64,000 nt of DNA from Eledone cirrhosa. Lineage: Eukaryota. The translations under genes and the position numbers were made by a program. This document shows positions 11,996-25,124 of this stretch, one piece after another. Location of the stretch: positions 367,288,001 through 367,352,000 of the forward strand of contig OZ024743.1 in the NCBI GenBank assembly GCA_964016885.1, read 5' to 3'. Within the stretch, counting starts at the first letter, position 1. Each line of letters starts with the position of its first letter. The notes under the pieces were generated by a model. The model had not been told where the DNA came from. It worked only from the letters and a program-made list of their open reading frames with translations, and ran no database searches.

Positions 11996-13452
11996 CTGTC
12001 TAAAGGTCCTTAGCTTATTATTATTGGTGCTAGCTAGGTGCTAGGCTATGTTGTGCATGATGGTGTATGAGAGCTTCACCATGTGTGTATTGAAAATCTT
12101 ATGGTATATATGAGTCCTCGGGAAGCATCTATCTAGCGCCCTAAAGCATAAACTGGCGAGGCTGGTCTGCAGTCCCATAGTTCAGAACTATGCCTAGTTC
12201 TGCTGCTAGATGGTTGGGTTGGGTTGTGTTGGGTTGGGGTCGCATAAGGCTAATGGGGAATTAGAGGGACCCCTTCTGCCTCAAGCATGGCTGTTGACCT
12301 GCTGTGTGGTTACATTCCTATACACTGTCCTGTCTCCAACCAGTATTTCCACAATGGAGCATTTGACTGTCTACCCAATTTTGTGTCCTGTGGATGGAGA
12401 CACACAGGCTTGGGCAGTTTGTGGCGGCATTCATCATGTCTTGCACATTGCTTTTATTCAATGCATGCTGGGGCAGCATGTGCAGCTCCTGCAAGTGTAA
12501 TGGTGTTAAACCCTATTTCTAATTTTTTTCTAGGTCCTGAAGTTTGCAATGAGTATCTGTATTGTGCAGCAGCACCCAGCCTGTTTTTTTCCTTCTCCAA
12601 GATTGTTTTTTTTTTAATGCTCCTGGAAGGTACCCCCTACTGTAACCCCCAAGGGTTATAACTGATAATCTGGCCATGGAACACCTGAGCTAAAGTTACA
12701 TTGAAATACTCAGCATTATCATTGAAGATCTCTTGGTTGGCAGATAAATTGAAAATCTTATCTGAGACATTCTTAACTATGGCCTTGATAACTGATCTAG
12801 GGTGGTTGGACTTAGCATTAACATATACTAGCTTTACATTGGGTAAACGTAATGTATATTTTACTACATACTGGCTAGACTGGTTATACTATATTATATT
12901 ATCACTACTACCATGGTCACTGAAGCCGAGTACCACTACCTCCTATTTAACTAAGGTATTGTTGATGCAGCCTGGACTGTTACTGTTGTTGTTGTAGACA
13001 AATCGATTTGCCACAGCAACTGGTTTTTGAGGGTAATCCCTACTGCTAAAGAATGACTTGGTTCCTGTAAAGTGGATGGTCAATCTCAGCCCATGACACC
13101 ACTGAAGACTTCACAATGGCTGGATGATATGGTGGTGGAATTACCTCTGATCAATAACTAGAACCTTGTATGCCCTTTGTGTTGATGCAGTGAGGCTCTT
13201 TATTCTATTCTAAGTCATATGTTACCGGTGTTTTGAGACATAGCAATGAAACAGCAGGAGTACATTTTGTTTCTTCTACATGTTTTTCTGTTCAACTATT
13301 AGCTGTCTGATGAGGTCAAAATGGTTGTATATCATTGAAATATATATACCAGCGGTTGAATAATGAATAAATGAAATAAATTCTAACCTGTTGACTTGTA
13401 CTTATATATATGTAAGTACAAGTACACACACACACACACGCTTATATATATA

Positions 13453-13798
13453 CTAGCTGACGTACCCAGCTTTGCCCGGGTAAACAGATGATAAGAGAAG
13501 ACAGATAAAAGAGAAAATGATTGTATTGGATGTTTGTCTGGTTACAGTATGAGGCAAGTCCGTGGTGTCTGTGTGATACAAAAAACAGTAAAGAAATCTT
13601 CCAGATATACCAGATTCTTCATTGTACCGTTTGTGCATAGTATATGAACAATTCTAGGTGCTCCCACCTAGAATAGTGACCTCTAGAAGATGGTTAATCT
13701 TCTGCCTGACTGTAAAACGTGTATCATTGCATAGACGTGGTTGTTTCACGTTTCTCAAAAGGATGATGGAAGTTCCAATCTTTTATATTATATGTAGA
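13453..13798 (-). mobile_element. Non-autonomous Helitron
   Basis: Minus strand reads A|TCTACATATAATATAAAAG...CCCGGGCAAAGCTGGG (hairpin)...CAGCTAG|T: 5'-TC start, subterminal hairpin, CTAG end, inserted between A and T. Confidence 0.7.
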
Positions 13799-14020
13799 TA
13801 TAGATATAGATAATTAATATAAAAGATGTCCGTCAATGTAAAAAAGGGTCCCTATTTACTCCCTTCACAACTCTGTGTATGTTAGACTGACAGACGGTGG
13901 ATAACAATGAGCCTGTGACTAACCCTGGTGAGCCCTGACTTTATTAGGGACCCTTTGCAAGTTACTGTAACCGGCCACTCCAACCTACCTATTAGACATC
14001 TCACAGGTAATACATGAGTA

Positions 14021-14460
14021 TTGACCAGATTATGTAACTTCAGAAACCATGTCTTGTGCCTGCATGACAATAAATGCCTGGTGAAAAATCTAGTTTACCA
14101 GTGCAAGGTCAATACCCCCAACTCGACGTATAGGTACATAGGAGCAGTGTTGATGAGCTTCAAGAACAGGTGGTATAATCATCGTCATTCCTTTAATAGG
14201 ATCGATAAATTTAAAAGCACAGCCCTTTCTGAACTGATCTGGAAGCTTAAGTAGGACATGACTCCATATTCTTTGGTTTCGCCCAAGTTTCAGGAGGTAC
14301 CCCAGATGGAGGTGGCTCAGACATTTACAGCCTCTGTATGAGTGAGACCTTTGAGATACTCAGAGGGGGAACGAAAACAATTAACAGAAGGGCTGAATTC
14401 TTTGGTGCCTGTCTACACTTAAGGTTAGGAACTTTCCTCAAACTATATGGTTAGTAACCC
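14021..14460 (+). mobile_element. Penelope-like element fragment (GIY-YIG endonuclease)
   Basis: CLVKNLVYQCKV...YRYIG...FKNRWYNHRHSF...TALSELIWKLK is a PLE-type GIY-YIG. Confidence 0.75.
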
Positions 14461-17400
14461 TTCTCCCTGTCATAGTAATCCTGCCATAATACTCACCAAC
14501 ACATACATGTGGAATGAAGCAGCACAGGGAGGATATCTAACCACATACCTACCTCTACCCTAAACCTGTAGAAGCAGAGAGGTAGTTCGACACTTAGATT
14601 CCACTTCCTACCCACCAGTATATTCTTGAATTCCCTGTTACTATGCTCCTGATTCTCTTCTCTACCATAAACCTGAAGAAGCAGAGAGGTGGAACAACTC
14701 TCTGGTCCTCTCTTACAGTTATACTCCTGGCTTCTTCACCCAACCCATAATAGAAAGCTAGAATGAGCCTTAACTGAATTACCTTCCCTGCTGAACCACT
14801 GCACACCAAACACTTTCCCAACCCAGGAAAGCTTGGCACACCCCAAAATGACAGACACCAATCACTCACTTGCTACAAACAGTTTATAAACACACCTTCT
14901 TAGCCCCCAAGAGAAACTGGGCACACCTCACAATCTATGAGACACCACCCACTTGCTTTCAAGCAACTGCCATGACCCCACTCCTCCAGTAGTGTAATGT
15001 TTGTACCCCAGCCCCAACTCCACCCAATGCCTTCCCAGCAAGATCAAGTACATTGAGTGCTCTGGAGCTGGTCCATGACAAAAGCACCCAGTCTACCCAG
15101 TAAGGTGGTAGTACTGGGGGTCATGATTAAATGCTCCCAGTACATGCTGTAAAGTGGTTAGTGTTAGGAAGGATATTCAGCTGTGGAAACCATGATCCCA
15201 CTGCAAAATGGTTGGTGTTTTTCTCTTAGTTCATCCATGCTTTGTCATTTATGCTCATTAACATTATATATCCAATTGAGCATATTCTATTTGTTTCTCT
15301 TTTTAACCTTTGTGTATTCACTACCTCTATCTTAATACCATGCAGCATCACTTCACAACAATGCATTACTCATTCTACACTTCATTCAGAGAGAGAACAC
15401 CTTAATTGCCAATAAATGGAGTAACTCCATGGATTTACTTCCCCTTGTTTTTATTCTAGCTACTAAGCTTTCAGAGCAGCCTCTACCACTACTAATTAAG
15501 ATACTTAGGTAACAGAAGCTCTTAACTAATTGAAGCAATATGGGATGTGAAAAGTGGTTATATTTTGAAAGCTGCTATAATGCAAGTTGGGTCGTAAATA
15601 TTAAGGCAACAAAATTGAGTGAGGAATGAGTGAGATGAGGTTGAGTGAAGAAGAGAAAGAAAACAAGAATCAGAGATAATGTTACTCCTGAAATATTTAT
15701 TAGTCTGAATATATTTTGGGATTTATTGGGAAACTTGGAGAATATTGGAAAGGACCTTGATAATGGATGGTACATCCAAAATATATTGGGGCTTAATAAA
15801 TGGTAACATTATCTCTGATTCTTGTTTTTCTTCTCTGTTGAACTTCACCTCACTGTTTGTGTGTTTATTAGTACTTGTCTAAATACAAGTTCCGTTTTTT
15901 TAATCGATGTCCACACACCTCCAAGTATTTATTACGTAACTACAAGGACCCAGAGTAATTTTATCTGGAATGAACTCAATTGTCTTTATTTCATCAGACT
16001 AACTTGAGTTTCCCCCTTGTCGATGACCTTGCGTATGACTGGTCAATTCATATATACTTCTGTTTTTCAGCACAACCTCACTTGAGTTGAAAATCTGTAA
16101 GGTGAAACACATGTCCTCGAAGACGGTTTGCTAATATGTTGTGGAACTAACTTTATACTGAACTCATCCTATGGACTGAGTGCTCTATCTAATATGAATA
16201 TAACCTCCTAGTGTTCTACTACTATATGTGTGTGTGTGTGAATTCATTTATTAGTATATACATATATATGAATTCATTTATTGAAAGCTGAAGCTTCACT
16301 GCACCACTACTCAGAGTTTACAGTTTTTGTTTACCTCTCATAAACATACTGAAATAATGTGTTTGTTTGCATACATGTGTGTGTGTATGTGTGCTTATAA
16401 AGTTGAAGCTATTGAATTTTATAGAATTATCTAGTAAAATCCTGAAAACCAGAAAAATTGAGATCCATATTGAGTGAATGGGCAAATATTAATACATGTT
16501 GGTATATTAGATATTTATTTTCAAATCAATATCGCTGGAATTTATATTGTCCTCTATATATCTAATTCATCCTTTTCACAGTATCTTTCTCCTACTCTCT
16601 CAACATTTGAATAAATCTTTCTCTATCCATATCTATATTTTTATGTACCCCCCCCCCCACACACACACACTCTTATCTTCTTGCTTCTCTCTGTTTGCAT
16701 TTATCTTTCCATTATTTCAATATAACATAAACCCCAACTTTCTTTCTGACACTTGCATTTCCATAATTTAGTTACCCAAACATCTCTCTTGCAGAATATA
16801 AATGATATAATATGAGAAGATACACATAATTTTGTTTAGACTGATGCCATAAGATGAAATTTTGTAATTCTAGTGTGTAAAATATAAAAATACATTAGAA
16901 GTAAAAAGGTAAGAGCAATAAATTTAACTCTGACAAATTATTAACCAGAAATATCTTATAAATTTATTTATGAAATGAAATACTATTATTAAAATCATGC
17001 TGTTCTATGCTGAAATTGGAAATTTGCAACATGGTTTATAGCATTCAAAACTAAGAACTTAATGCAATTTATTTTCACTTTTTTAATCTTCTCATTGTCT
17101 CCATATTATTGATCCTAACAGTCATGACCAAAGAAAATAAATGGAAAAGAATTAGAGAGAAAAAAAACAGTTTTAATTTCATGATATTATTTTCTCAAGT
17201 GTTAAACTTTAAACATGACACTTGCTGTAAGCTGACCAAAAGACACCATTGGAATATTTGTCAGAAAGTGAAGCACTTTTCCTCTCTGGAAAACCAACCG
17301 CATAATATTTTCAAGAAGAAAATATGTTTAGAGTGAAGTGTATGTCATAACTGAACGAGTAAGAGATTTTCTGTAAATGAGCAGACATTTCATTATATAT

Positions 17401-17920
17401 ATATATCTATATATATATATATATATATAAAGAAAATGAATGAGTGAATGAAGGAGTTACAAGCCGTTAAAACAATTGAGTGCACCACGTTTTGGCTATT
17501 GGCATTTAGTATTCTGTATCGCACCTCTTTGTACCTCTCTGCTTCACTGTTTTACCAGATTGAGCAGTCAATGCTAATATGTGGGTCTGGCTACCAATAT
17601 GGGATTCTACATTTGGTATGTTACCATTAAGAAGCAGAGTCTTAATAATAATAATAATAATAAGGAGCAGTATCAATATGTTTATTCACACATGACTGTG
17701 TTTCGTGAACGATCAGCGTAAGGAATGATCAGTAGTGATCGGACCTGACTCTGGAATTATTTTCCGTTAAGGGGTCTTATATGCTCTATTATTTAGACTA
17801 TTTTTCTATAATAAAACAATTTGATGAAGCTTCTAACTTTCTCATAAATTTCAAATTCTACTCAACATTTATAAACACATCATTTGTTTATCTCTTTCTA
17901 TGTGTGTACAGCTTTAAAAT

Positions 17921-18105
17921 AATTGTTTCTACTTTTGGCACAAGGCCAGCAATTACTCAGTACATTACTGGTACTTTATTTTATCGACCCCGTAAGGATG
18001 AAAGGCAAAGTTAACCTTGACGGGATTTGAACTCAGACCGTAAAGGGACGTAACTATGCTGGAAAGCATGGCGTCCGACCTTCTACCGATACTGGCAATT
18101 CACTG
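17921..18105 (-). mobile_element. tRNA-derived SINE with Meta-like core and (ATT)n tail
   Basis: Reverse complement has an A box (TTGCCAGTATCGGTAGA), a B box (GAGTTCAAATCC), core CTTTGCCTTTCATCCTTACGGGGTCGATAAAATAAAGTACCAG and the 3' end GGCCTTGTGCCAAAAGTAGAAACAATT. Confidence 0.85.
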
Positions 18106-18130
18106 TTAAAATAAGGGAGGAAAATATGAT

Positions 18131-18530
18131 GGGCACTTTGGTGTAATGGTAGCAATTCTGCCCAGTAAGCAAGAAAGTGTAGGTTCATGTCCTGCAGGTT
18201 CTAATGTCCATTTTCTTCTGTTAAGGGAGCTTATATGCATTATTATTTAGGCGGTGGATTGGCAACATCGGTAGAGGGTCAGACGCCATGCTTTGACGCA
18301 TAGTTACGGCCCTTGCCATTCTGAGTTCAAATCCCACCAAGGTTAACTTTGCCTTTCATCCTTACGGGGGCGGTAAAATAAAGTACCAGTAATGTACTGG
18401 GTAATTGCTGGCCTTGTGCCTAAAGTAGAAACAATTATTATTCAGACTAATTTTCTGTAGTAAAAAAATTCAAAGAAGCTTCTAAATTTCTCATAAATTC
18501 CAAATTCCACTCATTGTTTCTAAACATACA
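18131..18530 (+). mobile_element. Second tRNA-headed SINE-like repeat, interrupted by a younger SINE
   Basis: Head TGGTGTAATGG...GGTTCATGTCC (A/B-box-like); the body (ttaagggagcttatatgc...gaagcttctaaatttctcataaatt) is homologous to 17765-17880. Confidence 0.55.
18248..18442 (+). mobile_element. tRNA-derived SINE (Meta-like core), full length
   Basis: Full head to tail; flanked by a probable ATTATTATT target-site duplication. Confidence 0.88.
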
Positions 18531-18749
18531 TGCATGTATGTGTATATATATCATCATCATCATCTATGATTATATATATATATATATTTAAAAAATAGAG
18601 GTGTGACTATATATATATATGTATGTAGTAAGAGACTAATAATGTTTTAATGATGTGTTTTATTTAAGCCCAGTAAAATGTAGTAGAAAAATACGAAGAG
18701 CAAATGATGACAAATGAAACAAAACAAAACAAAGTAATGTTTTACCCAG

Positions 18750-19340
18750 GGTATTTTAGCATGATATTTCAGATGCGAAGCTGAAACAGTCCCAGATAAA
18801 GCAAATTTGTGATGAGAGTTTTCAGAGTTTTCTTCCCTAACTGGTCTATGTTTTCAAAACGCATGCTCATGTATGGAGTTGTTACATTAACAATTCTACC
18901 TCGTGCATTTCTGACCTATTATTTATCTCTGGTTTTATTCAGCTGATGAAAATGGCCTCCTTAATCCTTAAATTTCCCATTTTCCTTTCAGGCACCTCTA
19001 TGGTGAACTCAATGTCTTGGTTGTGGGATCTGTCAAGATTTTTTTAATGGAAGAGGCTCTCATTGTCACGTGTTCCTTGATCCATATATGTAGCCTCCTT
19101 ATGGAACTTAAGTTGTAAGAAGACCTACATTTTTTGCATGTGACCTTATAGGTCACATATGCTGTCATGCACACTTCTGCGTTGTTGATAGGACAATTAA
19201 GAAGTGTGCATATATCGCTGTATGTGGGTTGGTGTCTGAAAAGAGGATAATTCCATCTGGCTTGTTCTATGTTATCCCTTAATTCTATGTTATCCCTTAA
19301 TTCAATCAAGAATATCCTTTTGAACTTATTCAAGTACATC
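18750..19340 (-). mobile_element. Penelope-like element fragment (GIY-YIG)
   Basis: ORF 18998-19339: VCMTAYVTYKVTCKKCRSSYNLSSIRRLHIWIKEH is a degenerate GIY-YIG. Confidence 0.65.
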
Positions 19341-19446
19341 TCAGCAACTGGTCATTATGTGGTGTTTGTTATGTGTTCAAGTACACCACAGTATCTGGTA
19401 TTAATGTGGTGCTTGCTATGTGTTGTGGGAATTGTTTTAGTCATAT

Positions 19447-20677
19447 TAGAGAATAAATTCCAAACCTGGAAGCAGGGACTAGAGAGAAAGGGTCTCAAAG
19501 TCAACATGACAAAGACTAAGGTCCTTGTAAGTAGATGAGAAAACAGAACCCAGATCCCCTCAGGGAAATGGCCTTGCTCAGTATGTAGGAAAGGTGTAGA
19601 TAGGAACTCCATTCTCTGCCCCAAATGCAAACAATGGGTACACAAGAGATGTAGCGGGATCTCAGGAAGCTTAATTAAGAATGTAGGATTCACATGCAGC
19701 AGCTGTGCTGAAACAGCAAGCAGCAAACAGCCACAGGAAACAAGTACCACCAATCTCTGGGAGGGCCCTGTAGAAACAGTAGACAGCTTCTGCTACCTAG
19801 GTGACCGAATTAGCAACGGAGGTGGGTGTTCAGAAAGTACAATAACTAGGGTAAGAACGGGATGGAAGAAGTTTAGGGAACTACTACCACTGCTAGCTGC
19901 AAAAGGCTTCTCCCTCAGAATGAAAGGCAGACTGTATGATGCGTGTATCCGAACAGCGATGTTGCATGGTAGTGAGACCTGGGCGCTGAAGGTGGAAGAC
20001 TTACGTAGATTAGAGAGAAACGAAGCCTGCATGCTCCGATGGATGTGTAACAGTAATATACGTGAACGACAAAGCATAAATGAATTGAGAGAGAGACTGA
20101 GCATAAGAGGAATCAAATGCTGTGTGCAGGAGAGGCGGTTGCGCTGGTATGGACATGTGATGCGTATGAAGGATGACAGCTGCATAAAAAGGTGCAGAGC
20201 ACTAGAAGTTGATGGAAACCGCGGAGTGGGGAGACCCAAGATGACCTGGGATGAGGTGATAAAAGCCGACCTTACCCAATTACACCTCTCAAAGACAATG
20301 ACACACGCCCGTGACTTCTGGCGTCACGCAGTAATACAGAGTACCCGACCTCCCATGGGTACATGCTGAAGCATATAAACAATATGCCCCCACACCCCCC
20401 ACCGCAAGGTGGTCGTGGAGGCGCCACGGCAAAAAAGCACCCAGCCCACACTGTAAAGTGGACGTGTAGGCGCCACGAAAAAGCACCCAGCACTCACTGT
20501 AAATGAGGTTGGTGTTAGGAAGGGCATCCAGCTGTAGAAATCAAGCCAGATCAGTTCCTGTATGAGCAAGGCATGGTCAGCCGACCAGACACTGCACACA
20601 ACAGGACAACCCGTCTAACCCATGCTAGCGTGGAAGAACGGACGTAAAACGGTGATGATGATGATGATGATGATGAT
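19447..20677 (+). mobile_element. 5'-truncated RTE LINE (subfamily B)
   Basis: Nearly identical to ~50060-51277: PHD finger, RTE C-terminus, 3'UTR and (GAT)n tail; one premature stop (CGA>TGA at ~19536). Confidence 0.93.
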
Positions 20678-20689
20678 ATTCCTTGTCGA

Positions 20690-21580
20690 GATTTCTTCAA
20701 CATCAGTCTAACTGCATAGTTAGAAAACTACATTGTTTACCTTTATCAAACACATTTGTAATGTCTTTTTCTGATATGGAAATTAATGCTTTTTTTTGCC
20801 CTCTTCTGTTTCCTTTGCATAACCTGAAAGCCTCTACCTCTCTAGCTTTTGTCATGTCTGCAACTAACTATTGAAAATATAAATTTCGTTCTAGGTTTGT
20901 CAGCACTTTTGCATAATTCCACCTTCTCGATTTTCTGTGTTTTTCTTTGTGATGTTCATAAATTTCTTCGATTTTTAGATCTCATTAGTGTTTTAGAATC
21001 TAGCCCTTAGACACATGCATGATTTTGTATGTGTTCTCAATTGCCTGGAGATTCATGCCAAAATGGTTTTTATTCCTATATAAAACTGTATTAGTTATAG
21101 TTTTTGTGACTCCTAACCATTTCTTCAGGCATTTTGAACACATTGTTTCCAACTCTTTCATGAATGTTAGGGGAAAATTATAGATTGTGATGCCACAGGA
21201 GGTCTTACTAATGACATTGCTGGTGTAGATCCAGCATATCCTGATTCCATTTATGGATGAAGCATCAATCTTTTTCACTGTATACCTGAGTTTTTTGTCC
21301 TTCATTTCTGACATATCAAGGTTTGCAAATATCCATCTGCCTAAGTATTTAATATTCCCCCCCCCCCCAACATATTGAATATCTCCCTCTCCAAATTTGA
21401 AATGGAGATCAAAAGAAATGTATCTCCCATTTTCTACCTTCATTCCTAATAAAACACCTTTGCTGGGATTAGTTGGCATCAATTTCTCTAAGATCTCAAT
21501 TTGAGATTCCATGTTTTCCATTTATTTAGCAATAGTGTTAGGTCATCAGCAAAACCCTTGCTTGACAGCTTTTGAGTGGA
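20690..21580 (-). mobile_element. REL-type non-LTR retrotransposon RT relic (HERO/NeSL-like)
   Basis: GFADDL at ~21540-21557, KYLGRWI, and IYNFPLTFMKELETMCSKCLKKWLGV...VLY resembling the HERO-clade RT thumb. Confidence 0.6.
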
Positions 21581-22139
21581 AAAGGATATTCTGAAGCTAA
21601 GCTCCTGTTCCTTGGTCTAATACACTATGCACACATGCACACACGCATGCACACACACACACATACACACACACATACATGTTCACAAATAGAATTCAAG
21701 TACTTGAAGAAAAGTCTGAGTTGGACATAAAGCACTATTGTTTGAAAATTACTAATCAATATATGTTATACCAAATATATTACAAGTAGTTGCTTAGTAA
21801 CCACCTTTTTTGTAACTTTTCTTTAAAATGATCATACCATTCTGAAGAATTATCATAAATGATATAACAATTTAATGCATTACATTCAATCAAAAGTTTG
21901 ATTACTAAATTGTCATACCATATTAATTCTTAATAAAGAACTATAATTTTTCAATTACAGTTATAACCGAAGGTCTCTATTTTTAGTGTTGCTATATTCA
22001 TTTTATACAGTTACCACATATAATTGTGAGAAGTAATTAATATGCATTCATTTAGATTACAGACATGAAGGGAAGTTAATTTTGAAGAAAACTTTAATAA
22101 AAAAAGACCTCAGCAACATATAAAATTAAATTCTAGTAA

Positions 22140-22905
22140 TGACCAAATAATTCTTCACGGGTTTGAGAAAGCACAAGTCCGAATACAGATCTTTCCTTGA
22201 TGAAGTCACTGCAGTGTTAGATGTAGTTAAGACTGAATCATGTTTCCTGATGGGAGATTTAAATGCACATGTAGGCATTGACCACTTGACATGGAAAAGA
22301 GTGATTGGAAGGAATAGCGATTGTCTAAATACGAATGGAGAGGCTTTATTAGACTTCTGTCCTAGCAATGGACTCTCTATTATGAACACCTTCTTCCAGC
22401 ACAGAGACACCCATAAATATACATGGTATAAGGGGAATCAGGGACAGAAATCAATAATTGATTTTGTTATTGTCTCTGAACTCTTTGATTCTGTGTTGAA
22501 TGTTTGCGTTAAGAGAGGGGCTGAGCAGTCAACTGATCACCAACTAGTTATCTGCAACTTGAGACTACTTAAAGCTAAAGAAGCCCATGAAACTGACAGG
22601 TATAGGTCCACTTCCTGAGCAAACTGAGGACATTGAAACAGAGTGGAGATTGTTCTGTGCAGCAGTTTCTGCTTCAGCTGTTAAATGCTGTGGTCAAAAG
22701 AGGCTTGGTGTGGCACTGGATAGCTGGAGGACCACTTGGTTAAATGAAGAGGTCAAAGATGCCATTCAAGCAAAGAAAGAGGCCTACAAAGCTTGGTTCG
22801 AAAATAAATACCCTTTCTTGCACTTACGGTACAATCAAACACAAAGAATCATAGCAGAGACAGTAAAGGTGTCAAAAGTTAAGACATGGGAGGGCTTCCA
22901 AGAGG
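22140..22905 (+). mobile_element. RTE (Expander/Rex3-like) APE endonuclease fragment
   Basis: MGDLNAHVG, NGEALLDFC, NTFFQH, SIIDFVIVS, STDHQLV. Confidence 0.8.
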
Positions 22906-24369
22906 TCAGACTTCATATTTATTTCCATGTTAACTATCTTATTCTTTACTTCCATTGATTAATTTTCTATTAGTCATCTTTAATATTACCTTCCATGATT
23001 TCAGCTTCATTATTTGATCCTAGACTTTTAATTCAATTCAAGCTATCCACTGCCATCTTCAAACAATGCCTTGTCATTTTCTTTCCTTTGTATATGTCCT
23101 TCAAAATTTTATCCATATCTTCTGAATGTTATCACATACTAGTAACACTCAATATTTAACTTAACTGAACTTAGTAAATCTGGATTGTGTGCATTGAACT
23201 GCAAGCATTTTTTTTTTTGTCTAATCCAGAACTATATATGAAAAACGTGTTTAAGTTTCCTTCATATCTTTGAAAAACATTTATGAATTTTCTTTCTCTA
23301 ATCTTAACCTATTATCATTATCATAATTATTTTATATCTGCTTTCTATGTTGCTATGTGTGGACTCATGGCAGTTGAAGCTAGTTATTATCTGGAGTTAC
23401 AATCCTCTTAGACAAGTTGGAGGACCATTTGGGGCATGGTTTCTATAGCTAATACCAACTATTTACAGAATGTGCATTTACTGGAGAGGTTATTGTGTCA
23501 TCAACAAGACCAAAGAACCCACTCTGCCATACATTCCTCACAGCATGTGTGGAGGAGGGCTTCTTATTATGAAGTCGGTGGATGCCATCCTTTACGAAGT
23601 GGGTGGATGCCATCCTTACGAAGTGGGTGGAAATCAGCAACAACAGCAACAACAGTTTATTTCACCAGTTATGACATTTGTTATATTGTATGTGAAAACA
23701 GATTGACAACATTTTAAAAACCTTCTAGCTAAAATATTATCATTTTTTACATTTTTCATATTTGACAACTATAAATCTCTCTCTCTCTCTCTCTCTGTAT
23801 ATATATTTCAGATATCATTCAATATGTGGGGTTTTTTCTCTGCACTAATAAAGAATATATGTCACAGAACTAAAGCAAGGAATCTCACATGAAAACTTAG
23901 TCCTTTCGATTTGACCTACTTTAAAGATTAACAAAAAAAAAACATCACTTACATTGGAGTGAAGAGTTTTATGAATGTTGAAGTGAATTTATTAATTTAA
24001 TTTGATATTGTGGTTTCCTTTATTTAATTATTTATTTTATATCATGTTAGGAAACCAGTTCACTGCATTTCTGATGGCAACAATGACAAGGATTGTTTGT
24101 GCAGCCTGGGCAGAGAAAATAGCATATATGATCTTGCTAAGGTTTAAATTCTTCTCTACTCTACATTGGGCATGTGCATATGCATGAACACATGCACACA
24201 AACACACACTCACATACATACACACACACATTGAGTTTTTATAAAGTTTTTATTTACTAAATTCCATCCAAAAAGCATTAATCAACCTGAATCTATAGCA
24301 GAAAACAGCCATGATGTAGCACAGTGGGAGTGAATCCAGGACTATGTAGTTGAAAAGCAAACTTCTTAA

Positions 24370-25124
24370 CCCTTTAGCATTTACATTATTCTATATAGAC
24401 GATTGTATTTTTGTGGTAAAGGCTTTATCTTACATAATTCATCATCACCATTTTACATCCATTCTGCCACGCTAGCATGGGTTAGAAGGGTTGTCCTCAC
24501 TCCAAGGCTTCCATCGACTTTTAGTGCTCTGCACCTTTTTATGCATCTGTCATCCTTCATATGCATCACATGTCCATACCAACGCAACCTCCTCTCCTTC
24601 ACACATTCCTCTTATGCTCAGTCTCTCTCTCAAATCGTTTATGCTTTGCTGTTAATGTATATTACTATTACACATCTATCAGAGCATGCAAGCTTCGTTT
24701 TTTTCTAATCTATGCAAGTCTTCTACACACAGCACCCAAGTCTCACTACCGTGTAACATTGCTGTTCGTATGCACGCATCATACCATCTGCCTTTCATTT
24801 TGAGGGAAAAGCCTTTTGCACCTAGCAGTGGTAGTAGCTCCCTGAATTTCTTCCATCCCGTTCTTACCCTGGTTACTGTACTTTCCAAACACCCACCTCT
24901 GCTGCTAATTTGGTCACCTAAGTAGCAGAAGCTGTCTACTGTTTCTACAGAGCCCTCCCAGAATTTGGTAGTGCTTGTTTCCTGTGGCTGAATCTACGAG
25001 ATTTTGATGTTATTTATTTTGAGAACAATATCTTAACATCAGTATGAGTAGTCAGTTATGACCAGTTTGAACAGAAAGAGGTGAAAGAATTCTTCCAGAT
25101 ATAGCCAGTTTAAATGCTAAAGGG
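24370..25124. mobile_element. piggyBac-like MITE carrying an RTE fragment, itself inserted in a SINE relic
   Basis: TTAA at 24366-24369 and 25125-25128; perfect 14-bp TIRs CCCTTTAGCATTTA / TAAATGCTAAAGGG. Confidence 0.75.
24440..24990 (-). mobile_element. Internally deleted RTE 3' fragment
   Basis: ORF 24679-24888 RVRTGWKKFRELLPLL...MLHGSETW; tail remnant at ~24440-24490. Confidence 0.85.

Noticed and set aside
12000-13140. Possible minus-strand LINE ORF1 zinc-knuckle relic
   Set aside because: Too decayed to reconstruct motifs with confidence.
18131-18200. tRNA gene candidate
   Set aside because: A/B boxes are present but the cloverleaf pairs poorly and a repeat body follows; treated as a SINE head.
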